Positions 1-9,641 are shown, counted from the stretch's first letter. The stretch: 64,000 nt of DNA from Nostoc sp. (GCA_036918135.1 JBALDB010000001.1:1-64000), one strand, 5' to 3'. Made by a program: numbers and translations. The notes: a model not told the origin generated them from the letters alone.

Positions 1-92
1 CCTTGGTCATCGGTCACACTTGCTTTGGTGCAATGTGTAAAAAATGGTATTCCCAGCGTATCAACAGCAAGATGTCGTTTAATGCCATTGGT
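1..92 (-). mobile_element. IS5-family transposase fragment (continues off window)
   Basis: The minus strand translates as TNGIKRHLAVDTLGIPFFTHCTKASVTDDQG, the G.KRH..VDTLG motif of IS5-family DDE transposases. Homology is lost upstream of ~92. Confidence 0.75.
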
Positions 93-200
93 GCAACAGA
101 TTCCAAATGGGTTCTATAGCCCAATTGAAAGTTCAACAAAATATTGTTTTCTAGGCAGGAGCTAGTTGAAACAACTATATCTGCAATTTTTCAAAGTTTA

Positions 201-232
201 TAGGTGGGTTGAAAGGAATGTCACCTTCCCAA
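201..232 (+). CRISPR. Delocalised homing crRNA of a type V-K CAST (truncated repeat plus 17-nt tRNA-targeting spacer)
   Basis: TAGGTGGGTTGAAAG (201-215) is the 3' end of Cas12k-type repeats. GAATGTCACCTTCCCAA (216-232) is an exact match to tRNA-Gly 443-427, preceded by PAM GTA. Confidence 0.9.
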
Positions 233-250
233 TTTCTATTGTTGTAGAAA
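233..250 (+). terminator. Hairpin directly after the homing spacer
   Basis: TTTCTA-TTGTTG-TAGAAA inverted repeat. Confidence 0.4.
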
Positions 251-321
251 CTTAATCAAAATTGAGGTTTATAGAATCAAGTTCCGCATAATAGAATAAA
301 GGGAAGATTGTTCTTGAAGAA

Positions 322-384
322 GACAGCAATTTGGCAATACGGACAATAATTTGTCAACGCAGACAAATAATTAGTTAATGTACA
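322..384 (-). mobile_element. Tn7-like/CAST transposon end (PAM-proximal) with three TnsB-binding sites
   Basis: The minus strand begins TGTACA, followed by TTAACTAATTATTTGTC, TTGACAAATTATTGTC and TTGCCAAATTGCTGTC at ~20-bp period. It starts 60 bp from the PAM in the tRNA. Confidence 0.88.
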
Positions 385-391
385 TTTCTAA

Positions 392-463
392 AGCGGGCGA
401 TGGGACTCGAACCCACGACGTTCACCTTGGGAAGGTGACATTCTACCACTGAATTACACCCGC
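392..463 (-). tRNA. trnG: tRNA-Gly(CCC)
   Basis: GCGGGTGTAATTCAGTGGTAGAATGTCACCTTCCCAAGGTGAACGTCGTGGGTTCGAGTCCCATCGCCCGCT forms a cloverleaf with CCC anticodon and TTCGA T-loop. No encoded CCA. Confidence 0.97.
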
Positions 464-652
464 GAGTGGCTGTTAGTCAAAACTTTAATATAATTGTATA
501 GTATAGCACTATTTACAGCTGTTTTTAATTCACTAAAATACATACTGTTTTGGCAACAGGCGATCGCATTTAAACCTTGGTCAATATCCAATACTGGAAG
601 TTATTGAAAAGCCTACACTGCGCCGACGAAAGTCAGTGTAGGATTATCTGAC

Positions 653-1306
653 CTAAAGAACAATGTCTTCACCTCGTTCAGTGAAGCGAACCTCCTTAAT
701 ATTCCATGCAACATTACTTGTTAAGGTTTTGCGGAGGCTACCAAACAGAGCAAACTGTTCGCAACTAGAAAGGGAAGCTATTTGCCGCTTAGACTCAGGA
801 GATATCCGCAAATCAACTGTTGCGATGCCATTTTTGACGTTAACACGATACCCAGACAAGCTGAAGTCGCTTGTATCTCGTTTTTCTATGATTTTACCCA
901 CTGCATTTTTTACAGGTTGATCGGCTGGTACTGAAACCTTTTCTGGAATTAGTTGTTGACATTGAGTGTCACTAGTGTAAATTGTGACGTTTGCAGTTTT
1001 AGGATTCGTAGTTTTAGAAGTTGACGAGGAAGCGGTATTTTCCTTAAGAGATTTTTGATTTAAAGATTTTTCTCTGAACTGAGCGACGGTAGGAATTTGG
1101 CTGGAAGTCGAAGACGAGGAGCTATTTGTAGGTGTTGTAATAGGCTCTGGGGATAATGTAGTGTTTGGTGTTGTGGTAGGGGATGGCGTTTTGCTGTCAA
1201 TATTATTAGTGGCGGGGTTAGAGTTACAACTGCTCAAGCCAAAAACAATTGTTACAGCAATCAGGGGTAAAAAATATCTCTTGGTTGTCTTCATAACTTT
1301 GCTCAT
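653..1306 (-). CDS. Lipoprotein with Ser/Thr-rich linker and GerMN-like C-terminal domain
   Basis: Lipobox LSSC; C-terminal ATVDL...SLSSCEQFALFGSLRKTL...VRF. Confidence 0.75.
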   Translation of the reverse strand: MSKVMKTTKRYFLPLIAVTIVFGLSSCNSNPATNNIDSKTPSPTTTPNTTLSPEPITTPTNSSSSSTSSQIPTVAQFREKSLNQKSLKENTASSSTSKTTNPKTANVTIYTSDTQCQQLIPEKVSVPADQPVKNAVGKIIEKRDTSDFSLSGYRVNVKNGIATVDLRISPESKRQIASLSSCEQFALFGSLRKTLTSNVAWNIKEVRFTERGEDIVL

Positions 1307-1698
1307 AAGTCACATTACTGCTACCAACTTCAATATCACTGGTATCAATTCCGTATAAATTTATGAATTTTCAGCCAGTCTTTAAAGTGTCAACATCCCA
1401 TTTGGTAAAATTGGCAATTGCAATCATATTCCAAACGATGTCTGTTGAGTCGCTGCAAAGTGGCTAAATTTTAACTTGCATGTTTTCTGAAGAATAATTG
1501 AGGATTGGTGCATAACAGTATAATCATCAAAATTACATCTTTCTCTAGGATGAACTTGGTAGTATCTAAAATCAAGTGAAGTAGAATCCAACAAGCTTAG
1601 ACCGATGGATATTGTTCTCAAGATTGATGCTAATTAAGTACATTTCGGCAATTATGAGATAAAATAAATCAATTTTTAATGTTTTAAAGGCAAATAAA

Positions 1699-1896
1699 AT
1701 GAATAGAGGCTCTCAACAACAAACATTAAGAAGGCAAAACACGATTCTTGCTGCCAAACATTTTTTAGCAGAGATGGGTAAAGGCGCTACTTCAGAAGAA
1801 TTGAAATTTATCGCTGATAATGTGGGTGAGATTGCACTATTTTGGCATTTGATTGCAAATCCAGAAGAAATTTCTTTGTTGGAGTTGCGACCATAA
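1699..1896 (+). CDS. Small hypothetical protein (65 aa)
   Basis: ATG start with AAGG upstream, plausible composition, and a downstream hairpin/T-run at ~1947-1977. Confidence 0.5.
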   Translation: MNRGSQQQTLRRQNTILAAKHFLAEMGKGATSEELKFIADNVGEIALFWHLIANPEEISLLELRP

Positions 1897-2090
1897 TCGA
1901 AGCATTGCCAGATATGATAATTTTATTTGTTTAATAGACCTAGCTTGAAAAAGAAAGTAAGATACACTCTTTTTTTAGGCTTGTTTGTGTGTTTTTTCAT
2001 GATTGAATGCTTTGAAAATAGGTAGGAAGTAGGAGGGTGTAGTCGTACGCCCCTACTAATTTTCCTACCTCATGTAATTAGGAACGGCTA

Positions 2091-2282
2091 TAAGTAATTA
2101 AACATAATTAATTACACAATGTCATTGCGAATGGAGCGAAGCAGAATGAAGCAATCACAGGGGTTGAGATTGCTTCTCTACGAGACGCTCCGCGTAGCTT
2201 GCTTCCACGTTCGCGTAGCGTCCCGCAGGGAAGTGGTACGCTTCGCTCGCAATGACTATAATTAATTTTGCGTAGTTACTTA
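2091..2282. repeat. MITE-like element with nested palindromic and small dispersed repeats
   Basis: Imperfect TIRs TAAGTAATTAAACATAATTAATT / AATTAATTTTGCGTAGTTACTTA; internal GTCATTGCGA...TCGCAATGAC palindrome with GC-rich inserts. Confidence 0.7.
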
Positions 2283-2285
2283 TTA

Positions 2286-2966
2286 TCAAACTAAACTTAT
2301 ATTTGAGGAGAGCCGAGCTACCATCTCTGCACGAGATGAAACATCAAGCTTGCGGAATATGCGTTTCAAAGCTTGCTTAACAGAATTTTCTGTAATCCAG
2401 AGGGTTGTACCAATTTCAGCATTTGTTAGTCCTTGTGCTACTAGTTGGGCAATTTGAATTTCACGTTGTGTTAAAGGGTTAGTATTGAGAGAATTGAACA
2501 GTGTTGATTGTAATTGTAATGTTGCACGCCAAGTTGAAATATGAAGGCACAAGGCACCTAAATCAGCTAATTCTTGTGTGTTAAAGGCAGGAGTATTTCG
2601 AGTACGAGTTATACCAATGGCGCCAAGTAAGCGACCATTACCGACAACTGGACCAACCATTACATGATGGTGGTCAGAACGCGGACAAATAATCTGCCAT
2701 TCTCCTGGCGGTAACAATAATTCTTCGTGAACTACGGCATGATGCTCAACCAAATAACGCAAGACTGGATTATGTTTCAAAGAGAATGCTAGTCGTAGCG
2801 GACGAGGTATGTTTTTCTCAAATTGCCAAAACCGATCGAAGAAAAATAGCCCCGAACGTTCAGCAGCAAAATACTCAATCAGTTTTGTGATGACGTGCGA
2901 TCGCAGTTCTTGCTCATCACGAGCATGAGCGATCGCATCAAACAAAGATTGTAAAGAATTCACCAT
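2286..2966 (-). CDS. GAF-like sensor + LuxR HTH transcriptional regulator
   Basis: C-terminal LTQREIQIAQLVAQGLTNAEIG...SVKQALKRIFRKLDVSSR LuxR HTH. Confidence 0.9.
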   Translation of the reverse strand: MVNSLQSLFDAIAHARDEQELRSHVITKLIEYFAAERSGLFFFDRFWQFEKNIPRPLRLAFSLKHNPVLRYLVEHHAVVHEELLLPPGEWQIICPRSDHHHVMVGPVVGNGRLLGAIGITRTRNTPAFNTQELADLGALCLHISTWRATLQLQSTLFNSLNTNPLTQREIQIAQLVAQGLTNAEIGTTLWITENSVKQALKRIFRKLDVSSRAEMVARLSSNISLV

Positions 2967-3064
2967 AATCTTAGCTGCAAAATGTACTCGTTCGAGGACT
3001 AGGCATGGTCAGAATACAAACATTATTCTATCTGCATAACAATTGCAGGAGCCAGAAGAATAAA

Positions 3065-3892
3065 ATGTCCCAATATACGCACAGCAATATACTTGTCGAT
3101 ACCCAGTGGCTCTTTGAACACCTGAATCACTCTAATATCCGTTTGATTCAAGCAGACATGAATCCACAGACATATAACACTGGTCATATTCCCGGTGCTA
3201 TGTTTTGGAATATTACTACTGATCTCCTACTACCTGATTACCGGATTAATTTTGACCCAGTTGCTTGGCAAAAACTGTTGGAAAATTCTGGGATTACAGA
3301 TAATACCACTGTGATTACTTATGGTGATTTTCCTGGAACAGGCGCATGGTTATTTTGGCTTTTCAAAGTTTTTGGTCACAGTGATGTACGCGTCCTCAAC
3401 GGTGGTTATCAAAAATGGGTGTCTGAAAATCGTCCAATAGCCATAGAGTCAGGACTTTTAACACCAACGGAATATCAACAGCAAACTCCCGATCCAAACT
3501 TGCGAGCATTTTTTGATGATGTACGGAAATCTATTGGTACAGATAGCGTTTTAGTCGATGTCCGCACACCTCAGGAGTACAGGGGTGAATGGTTTTTTAT
3601 GCAGCCACCTCAAGGAACGGAACGTGCAGGTCATATTCCTGGTGCAGTGTCTGTCTACTACGAGCTAGCTCTGAATGAAGATGGAACTTTTAAGTCAGTC
3701 GAAGAATTACAGACACTTTACAACAGTAAAGGCATCACTCCCGATAAAGAAATAATTACTTACTGTACTATTGGCGGACGTTCAGCGCATACTTGGTTCG
3801 TCTTAAAATATTTACTTGGTTACTCAAAAGTGCGAAATTACGATGGTTCGTGGAATGAATGGAGTCGAATTCCGAATATACCGATTGAATAG
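3065..3892 (+). CDS. Sulfurtransferase (two-domain rhodanese, SseA/CysA-like)
   Basis: GHIPGA motifs, active-site YCTIGGRS, C-terminal YDGSWNEW; likely start ATG 3065. Confidence 0.92.
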   Translation: MSQYTHSNILVDTQWLFEHLNHSNIRLIQADMNPQTYNTGHIPGAMFWNITTDLLLPDYRINFDPVAWQKLLENSGITDNTTVITYGDFPGTGAWLFWLFKVFGHSDVRVLNGGYQKWVSENRPIAIESGLLTPTEYQQQTPDPNLRAFFDDVRKSIGTDSVLVDVRTPQEYRGEWFFMQPPQGTERAGHIPGAVSVYYELALNEDGTFKSVEELQTLYNSKGITPDKEIITYCTIGGRSAHTWFVLKYLLGYSKVRNYDGSWNEWSRIPNIPIE

Positions 3893-3916
3893 TTGTTAAT
3901 ATACAGCAGAATTCAC

Positions 3917-4312
3917 ACTGAAGAAGCACGCCAAGCTAGCCAGCATTTCATTCAACGTATTGTAGACTCTTCTTTTAATATTTTCTATTTTTTCGATTTA
4001 TAAGAACAGCGTAATGTTTACGTAAATCAAAAAAATGGCAGATTTATTGGTTACTATGATAAAGAAATTCAATGGGCTGGAAGAAAAATTATACTCATAA
4101 TTACGCATCCAGATGATTAGGAAAAAGTAGTAAATTACTTCCAAAGTTTTACTCAGGCTAAGGATGGTAAAATTTAGCAGTCTGAATTTCAAGTGAGACG
4201 AGCAAATAGTGAATGGTGCTGGTTATATACTAGAGAAACGTACAAAATTGTCTTATAATTCAATACCTGGTTAAGGAGCCGAATTCGTCATGAAAATTTC
4301 GATTATTCAGTT
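3917..4312 (+). pseudogene. Collapsed PAS-domain histidine kinase relic
   Basis: Reads EEARQASQHFIQRIVDSSFNIFYFFDL*EQRNVYVN...THPDD*EKV...EFQVRRANSEWCWLYTRET (PAS), then KLSYNSIPG*GAEFVMKI (HATPase C-terminus). Confidence 0.75.
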
Positions 4313-4478
4313 AGAAAATAAAATTTATAATTCAAAATACTCCTTTACATTAAAACAATATATAAAATATTACTCTTAAAGTTACAGATACCCAGCTTCT
4401 TAAATAAGTCAGATATTTTGTTTGTTACAAATGATTTAGAATTGCTAAAGTTAGGTTAACTCTGGAGGCGAGGAAGTA

Positions 4479-5117
4479 ATGTTACTTGAACTCAATCAAC
4501 TAATAGTACCTATTGGTCATCAGTTGTTGATTAAAGGTATATCCTGGTCAGGATACAAAAATATTTTGGCAGAATTGGGTGAAAATCGTAGTTCTCGGAT
4601 ATCTTACAGTCAAGGAGTGCTGGAAATAATGGCTCCATTACCAGAGCATGAGGTAGGCAAAAAAATTATCGGCAATTTGGTAGAAATCTTGCTAGAAGAA
4701 CTTGATATTGAATTTTGGAGTTTGGGGTCTACAACTTTCGATCGAGAAAAAATGGATGCTGGGGTAGAACCGGATGATTGCTTCTACATTGAAAATGAAG
4801 CAGCTGTTAGAGGTAAGGATAGAATTGATTTAACAGTTGACCCACCCCCAGATTTAGCAATCGAAATTGATATTACCTCCCGCACTCGGTTTAATAATTA
4901 TCAACTCTTGGGAGTACCGGAATTGTGGCGCTGGAATGGTAATAAATTAGAGATTAATATTTTGATTAATGGAAAATATATAGAATCTAATAACAGTCGT
5001 ATTTTTCCTAATTTACCTATTGCTCAAGTGATTCCTGAATATTTAAAGCAGTGTAAAACGGATGGGAGAAATGCAACGATGAAAGTATTTAGGGCTTGGG
5101 TGAGAAAGCAAATATAA
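4479..5117 (+). CDS. Uma2-family endonuclease-like protein
   Basis: GVEPDDCFYI...PPDLAIEIDITS...LGVPELWRW. Confidence 0.93.
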   Translation: MLLELNQLIVPIGHQLLIKGISWSGYKNILAELGENRSSRISYSQGVLEIMAPLPEHEVGKKIIGNLVEILLEELDIEFWSLGSTTFDREKMDAGVEPDDCFYIENEAAVRGKDRIDLTVDPPPDLAIEIDITSRTRFNNYQLLGVPELWRWNGNKLEINILINGKYIESNNSRIFPNLPIAQVIPEYLKQCKTDGRNATMKVFRAWVRKQI

Positions 5118-5552
5118 TTTATTCACGTACAGACGCAGCGTCAAAGTCTGTAGACGCTTCTGCGGCTTCCGGTGTAGACGCTCGGAGGGCAGCTTGCCGA
5201 AGGCATCAGAACTTGCCAACATAGAGGCGCAAAGGTAAACATATTTTTATACTTCAGTTTTTAGAATATCAGATTGGCGATCGCACCTATCTTAATGTGA
5301 GTTAGATAGATCCTAAAAAACCTCGCTTCCATTCCTCTTCCCGAAACAGAGAGAGGCTCAAATAACCTTATTCTTTAGTACCCAGTTAGAGATTTTTGTT
5401 ATCTTGACGGTTATAATATCTGCTGGCTTATTCTTAACCTGAGTACTCCTAAGTTTTTTAGACTGGCTGAGGTGGTTATAAATGCTTTACCAACCAGTCA
5501 ATATTAGCCGTAGTAGTTTGGTTTTAAATACTAACTTTCTTCTAAAAGACGA

Positions 5553-6638
5553 ATGACTAAAAGACGACAATTTTTAAAAGAAGTAGCAGCACTTTCTAGC
5601 TTGTCTTTAACGAGTTGTGGTTGGAGACTAGCCCAAGTACGTGCTAATTCTACTACTTCCGATCGCAGCGACCAACTTTATATCTATACTTGGACACAAT
5701 ATACTGACAAAGAATTACTAAAAACGTTCACCACTCAAACTGGTATGAAAGTGCTGGCGGATGTGTATGATTCTAACGATGTGATGCTGGCTAAGTTGCA
5801 AGCTGGAGGTGGTGGCGCTTACAGCATTATCTACCCATCTGATTATATGGTACAGAAGATGGTAGACAAGGGTTTATTAATAGAAATAAATCACGATCGC
5901 CTAATTGGTCTAGAAAATTTATTTCCCCGCTTTTCTAATCCTATTTATGACCCGAATAACCGTTACAGTATACCTTTTAATTGGGGTACAACAGGTTTTA
6001 TCTATAACTCTGAAAAAATCAAAGAACCACCAGAAGATTGGGATTATCTTTGGCAAAACCAAGACAAACTTAATAAACGCATGACTTTGCTCAATGATGT
6101 GCGAGAGGTAATGGGTGCAGTATTGCGGATGCTAGGTTATTCTTATAACTCCAAAAATGAATCAGAAATCAAACAAGCTTATGATAAATTGAAGGTGCTA
6201 AAACCTGCGATCGCTGCTTTTGATACAGATGCTTGGCAAAATCAAATTCTTGGAGGAGATTTGCTCTTAGCGATGTGTTATTCAGCAGATGCAGTGAAAA
6301 TCTCTCAAGAAAATCCCAAACTCAAATATGTGATTCCTCGTAGTGGTTCTTCATTATGGACAGACACTATTGTAATTTCTAAAACAGCCCCAAATTTAGC
6401 TGGAGCCTATGCTTGGATTAATATGATTTTGCAACCAGAAGTAGCAGGTCAAATTAGTCAACGTCTAAATATTGCAACGCCTAATAGCGCTGGATTTGAG
6501 CAATTACCGAAAAGAATACAGAACAATCCTAATTTGTTTCCTCCAGAGTCACTTTTAGAAAATTGCGAACGGATTAGTCCTGTAGGTGAATTTGAAGAAG
6601 TTTACGACCGCTATTGGACTCAATTAACTAGCAGTTAA
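5553..6638 (+). CDS. potD: Polyamine ABC transporter substrate-binding protein
   Basis: RR signal/lipobox, YTWTQY, YDSND, PSDYMV, WGTTG, WTDT motifs. Confidence 0.93.
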   Translation: MTKRRQFLKEVAALSSLSLTSCGWRLAQVRANSTTSDRSDQLYIYTWTQYTDKELLKTFTTQTGMKVLADVYDSNDVMLAKLQAGGGGAYSIIYPSDYMVQKMVDKGLLIEINHDRLIGLENLFPRFSNPIYDPNNRYSIPFNWGTTGFIYNSEKIKEPPEDWDYLWQNQDKLNKRMTLLNDVREVMGAVLRMLGYSYNSKNESEIKQAYDKLKVLKPAIAAFDTDAWQNQILGGDLLLAMCYSADAVKISQENPKLKYVIPRSGSSLWTDTIVISKTAPNLAGAYAWINMILQPEVAGQISQRLNIATPNSAGFEQLPKRIQNNPNLFPPESLLENCERISPVGEFEEVYDRYWTQLTSS

Positions 6639-6657
6639 ATAGATTTAGGAGTTAGGA

Positions 6658-7554
6658 ATGATTAATACTGAAAAAAGTGATATTTCTGAAAGAGAAGTAG
6701 TGCATCCTCCGCAAGTAAATTTGCTGCAACCTTTAGTATTACTCGCACCATCTGGAATTTGGTTATTACTTTTGTTGGTGCTGCCAAGTTTGATAATTTT
6801 CGAGTTAAGTTTGGTTGCAAATATTCGACCGGGAGATGTGGTTAATCCCAATGGATTCCAAAATTACATCCGTATATTCGATCCTCTTTACTTACAAGTA
6901 ATCGTGCGATCGCTATTTTTAGCATTTGCCACTACAATCATTTGTTTAGTTTTAGGCTTTCCTGTGGCCTATTGGATTGCTGTAGTTGCACCGAAGCGAT
7001 GGCAAAATTTGTTGGTATTAAGCTTTGTTTTGCCTTTGTGGACTTCTTCGTTACTGCGTTCTTATGCTTGGATTACAATTCTTCGTCCTAGTGGTTTATT
7101 AAATAGTTTGTTAACCTATTTTGGCTTACCTATTTTGGAATTGCTTAATACAACTATAGCTGTATTAATCGGTATGAGTTACAGCTTGTTACCCTATATG
7201 GTTTTAATTTTATATGCTTCTCTAGAAAAGCTAGATAAGCGTTTACTAGAAGCAGCAGCAGATTTAGGTGCAAATCCGATGGAAGCTTTTTTCCAAGTAA
7301 CTATACCCCAAATTTTTCCTGGGATTGCAGCTGGTTCGATGCTTGTATTTATCACAGGCTTGGGGGATTTTATTGACCCAGAATTACTTGGAGGTGCTTC
7401 TAGTATGACAGCGGCGCGATTAGTTTATAACCAATTTCTGGGAGCAACTCAAAATTGGGGTTTTGGTTCAGCTTTGAGTATGACGTTGATTTTAATTGTG
7501 ACTATTGCGATCGCTCTTTTAATTAAGTTTGGTGAAGCTACACCCAAACGCTAA
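6658..7554 (+). CDS. potB: Polyamine ABC transporter permease
   Basis: LPLWTSSLLRSYAW; EAAADLGA EAA loop; NWGFGSA. Confidence 0.92.
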   Translation: MINTEKSDISEREVVHPPQVNLLQPLVLLAPSGIWLLLLLVLPSLIIFELSLVANIRPGDVVNPNGFQNYIRIFDPLYLQVIVRSLFLAFATTIICLVLGFPVAYWIAVVAPKRWQNLLVLSFVLPLWTSSLLRSYAWITILRPSGLLNSLLTYFGLPILELLNTTIAVLIGMSYSLLPYMVLILYASLEKLDKRLLEAAADLGANPMEAFFQVTIPQIFPGIAAGSMLVFITGLGDFIDPELLGGASSMTAARLVYNQFLGATQNWGFGSALSMTLILIVTIAIALLIKFGEATPKR

Positions 7555-7608
7555 ACCTTTCAAAACTCACTTATAATAAGTGCATCGAACGCCACTGAGA
7601 CAAAGGTT

Positions 7609-8322
7609 ATGCTTTCACCCGATCTTAAAAATGCATTACCGACTACTGACGAACTTGCCTGCTCAGATGATACACCAGTGGATAACGAAGACCAAAACTT
7701 TTTGCCTAACATTTTACTTTTTTTGCTCAATTCGATTTGGGCAAATCGCATGGATTGGTACTTTGGAGTAGATATGGCAGTTTATCACATCACCGGAGTA
7801 AATTCTAGAGTTCCTGTAGTACCTGATGCTTTTTTGAGTCTGGGAGTAGAACGGAAAAAAGGTGGTAAATCACGTAAAAGTTACGCAGTTTGGGAAGAAA
7901 ATGGAATAGTTCCAATGCTCACATTGGAAATGGTATCACAGACCCCAGGAGGTGAATACGAGGAAAAGCTAGATATATATAAAAAACTCGGTGTATTATA
8001 TTACTTAATTTATAACCCTGAGTTTTGGCGGCGCGACCAACATCAACCATTTGAAGTTTATAAATTTATAAATGGAAGTTATCAAATACAAATAGGAGAA
8101 CCTTATTTTATGCCAGAAATTGGCTTAGGTATTGGGCGACACCAAGCTGTAATTGGGGGAATACAACAGGAGTTTTTATGTTGGTATAATGAGCAAGGAA
8201 ATCGCTATTTAACAGACGCAGAACAAGTACAACAAGAACGGCAAAAGGCGGAACAGTTAGCCCAATATTTACGTTCTCTTGGTATAGATCCAAATAATCT
8301 TCCTCCTGAAAATAAAAAGTAA
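7609..8322 (+). CDS. Uma2-family endonuclease-like protein
   Basis: LPTTDELACSDDTPVDNEDQN...VPDAFLSLGV...LEMVS...LGVLYY. Confidence 0.9.
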   Translation: MLSPDLKNALPTTDELACSDDTPVDNEDQNFLPNILLFLLNSIWANRMDWYFGVDMAVYHITGVNSRVPVVPDAFLSLGVERKKGGKSRKSYAVWEENGIVPMLTLEMVSQTPGGEYEEKLDIYKKLGVLYYLIYNPEFWRRDQHQPFEVYKFINGSYQIQIGEPYFMPEIGLGIGRHQAVIGGIQQEFLCWYNEQGNRYLTDAEQVQQERQKAEQLAQYLRSLGIDPNNLPPENKK

Positions 8323-8607
8323 ATTTATAAACAATAAATTCAGTTTCCCCTAAATTTTGATTTTTTTCTTTTTACTCCTACCGTTTTACCTTATTTGGTA
8401 GTTAAGGCAAATATTAATAAAATTTACTAACTATTTATTTGGTTTTTATTAATAAGGAGAGGAGTTTTTGTTGCTCATATGCATAGATTCAGAAGTTATA
8501 ACTAATTAGCTATACTTTATATAAATCTTGAATTGAGAATGATATAAATAGAAGTAAAAAATTAGATATTGTTTAAAAACGATTAAAAATCACAAAGCGG
8601 TTACTAC

Positions 8608-8696
8608 AAAGGAGGAAAGCTCCCGAAGTTCTGATGAGCAAACAAAACTTCGGAGCGGATCTCGTGTTTTCCAATTGTCTGAGGGAGATTGGAACT
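8608..8696 (-). ncRNA. Candidate small RNA (two hairpins; possibly PsrR1-like)
   Basis: TTCCAAT-CTCCCTCAGACA-ATTGGAA stem-loop followed by a GCTCCGAAGTT...AACTTCGGGAGC terminator-like stem; TATAGT -10-like hexamer upstream. Confidence 0.4.
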
Positions 8697-8714
8697 ATAA
8701 CTATACAGTAATAG

Positions 8715-9641
8715 TCAGGGTTGTTTATGGTTTTTGTAGCTGATAACAGCTGCCCTGAGATTACCTTGGTGTTCGCAAAGAAGGCGATCGCCTTCGTCTT
8801 TTTCTAAACCAGTCCAGTGCATTAATAGGGCTAATTTTACCCATTTACCACTACGTTCCAATAAAAAACCAGCAGCTTCTCGACTTAAACCTGTGAGGTC
8901 TTGCAAAATTCGCAAAGCGCGATCGCGTAACTTTTGATTTGTTACCGCCACATCCACCATGCGATTGCCGTAAACTTTGCCCAGCTTGACCATTACTCCA
9001 CTAGAAAGGATATTTAAAGCTAATTTCGTCGCTGTACCAGCTTTCAGGCGAGTTGAACCAGCGATGATTTCTGGCCCTGTCAATAGGCGAATGTCAACAT
9101 CAACATCAAAGCTAACTTGTTCGGTTGGAACGCAGGCGATAAAAATAGTAACGGCTCCGCGCTGACGAGCTGCATTCAAGGCACCGTGGACATAGGGCGT
9201 TGTTCCACCAGCAGTGATGCCAACTACTACATCCAGCTGTGTGATGTGTCGCCCTGCGATCGCAGTTTCACCATCCTCGATGCTGTCTTCTAAATCCTCA
9301 GAACTGCGTACCAGCGCCCCAGCGCCACCAGCGATAATTCCCTGTACTAACTCTGGGGGCGTACAAAAAGTAGGGGGGCACTCAGCAGCATCTAATACCC
9401 CTAACCTACCACTAGTACCCGCACCAATATAAAATAGGCGTCCTCCGTGGTGTAAACGCTCTGCAGTACGTTCAATTGCGTGTGCTAACTGAACTTTTGC
9501 CGCCGCCACAGCGGCGACTGCCTTTTGGTCTTCGTTATTAAACAGCTCCACCAACTCCAGAGAACTCAACTGGTCTAAGTTGAGACTGTTAGGATTTACT
9601 AACTCGGTTAAAAGATGCCCGCGTTCTTGTAGGTTTGTCAT
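8715..9641 (-). CDS. murQ: N-acetylmuramic acid 6-phosphate etherase
   Basis: GAGTSGRLGVLDAAECPPTF; GPEIIAGSTRLKAGTATK. Confidence 0.97.
   Translation of the reverse strand: MTNLQERGHLLTELVNPNSLNLDQLSSLELVELFNNEDQKAVAAVAAAKVQLAHAIERTAERLHHGGRLFYIGAGTSGRLGVLDAAECPPTFCTPPELVQGIIAGGAGALVRSSEDLEDSIEDGETAIAGRHITQLDVVVGITAGGTTPYVHGALNAARQRGAVTIFIACVPTEQVSFDVDVDIRLLTGPEIIAGSTRLKAGTATKLALNILSSGVMVKLGKVYGNRMVDVAVTNQKLRDRALRILQDLTGLSREAAGFLLERSGKWVKLALLMHWTGLEKDEGDRLLCEHQGNLRAAVISYKNHKQP

Noticed and set aside
231..250. AATTTCTATTGTTGTAGA resembles a Cas12a repeat handle
   Set aside because: Single copy with mismatches and no array. Better explained as the hairpin after the V-K homing spacer.
1424..1621. 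65-aa minus-strand ORF
   Set aside because: Non-ATG start, no motif or RBS, no support.
3998..4192. 64-aa minus-strand ORF
   Set aside because: Antisense shadow of the PAS pseudogene.
4479..8322. Two Uma2 genes flanking potDB as a defence or mobile unit
   Set aside because: Uma2 genes are very numerous and scattered in Nostocales. The two are dissimilar and I saw no shared ends.
8631..8660. CTGATGAG resembling a hammerhead ribozyme core
   Set aside because: No stem II followed by GAAA. It sits in the loop of a simple hairpin.
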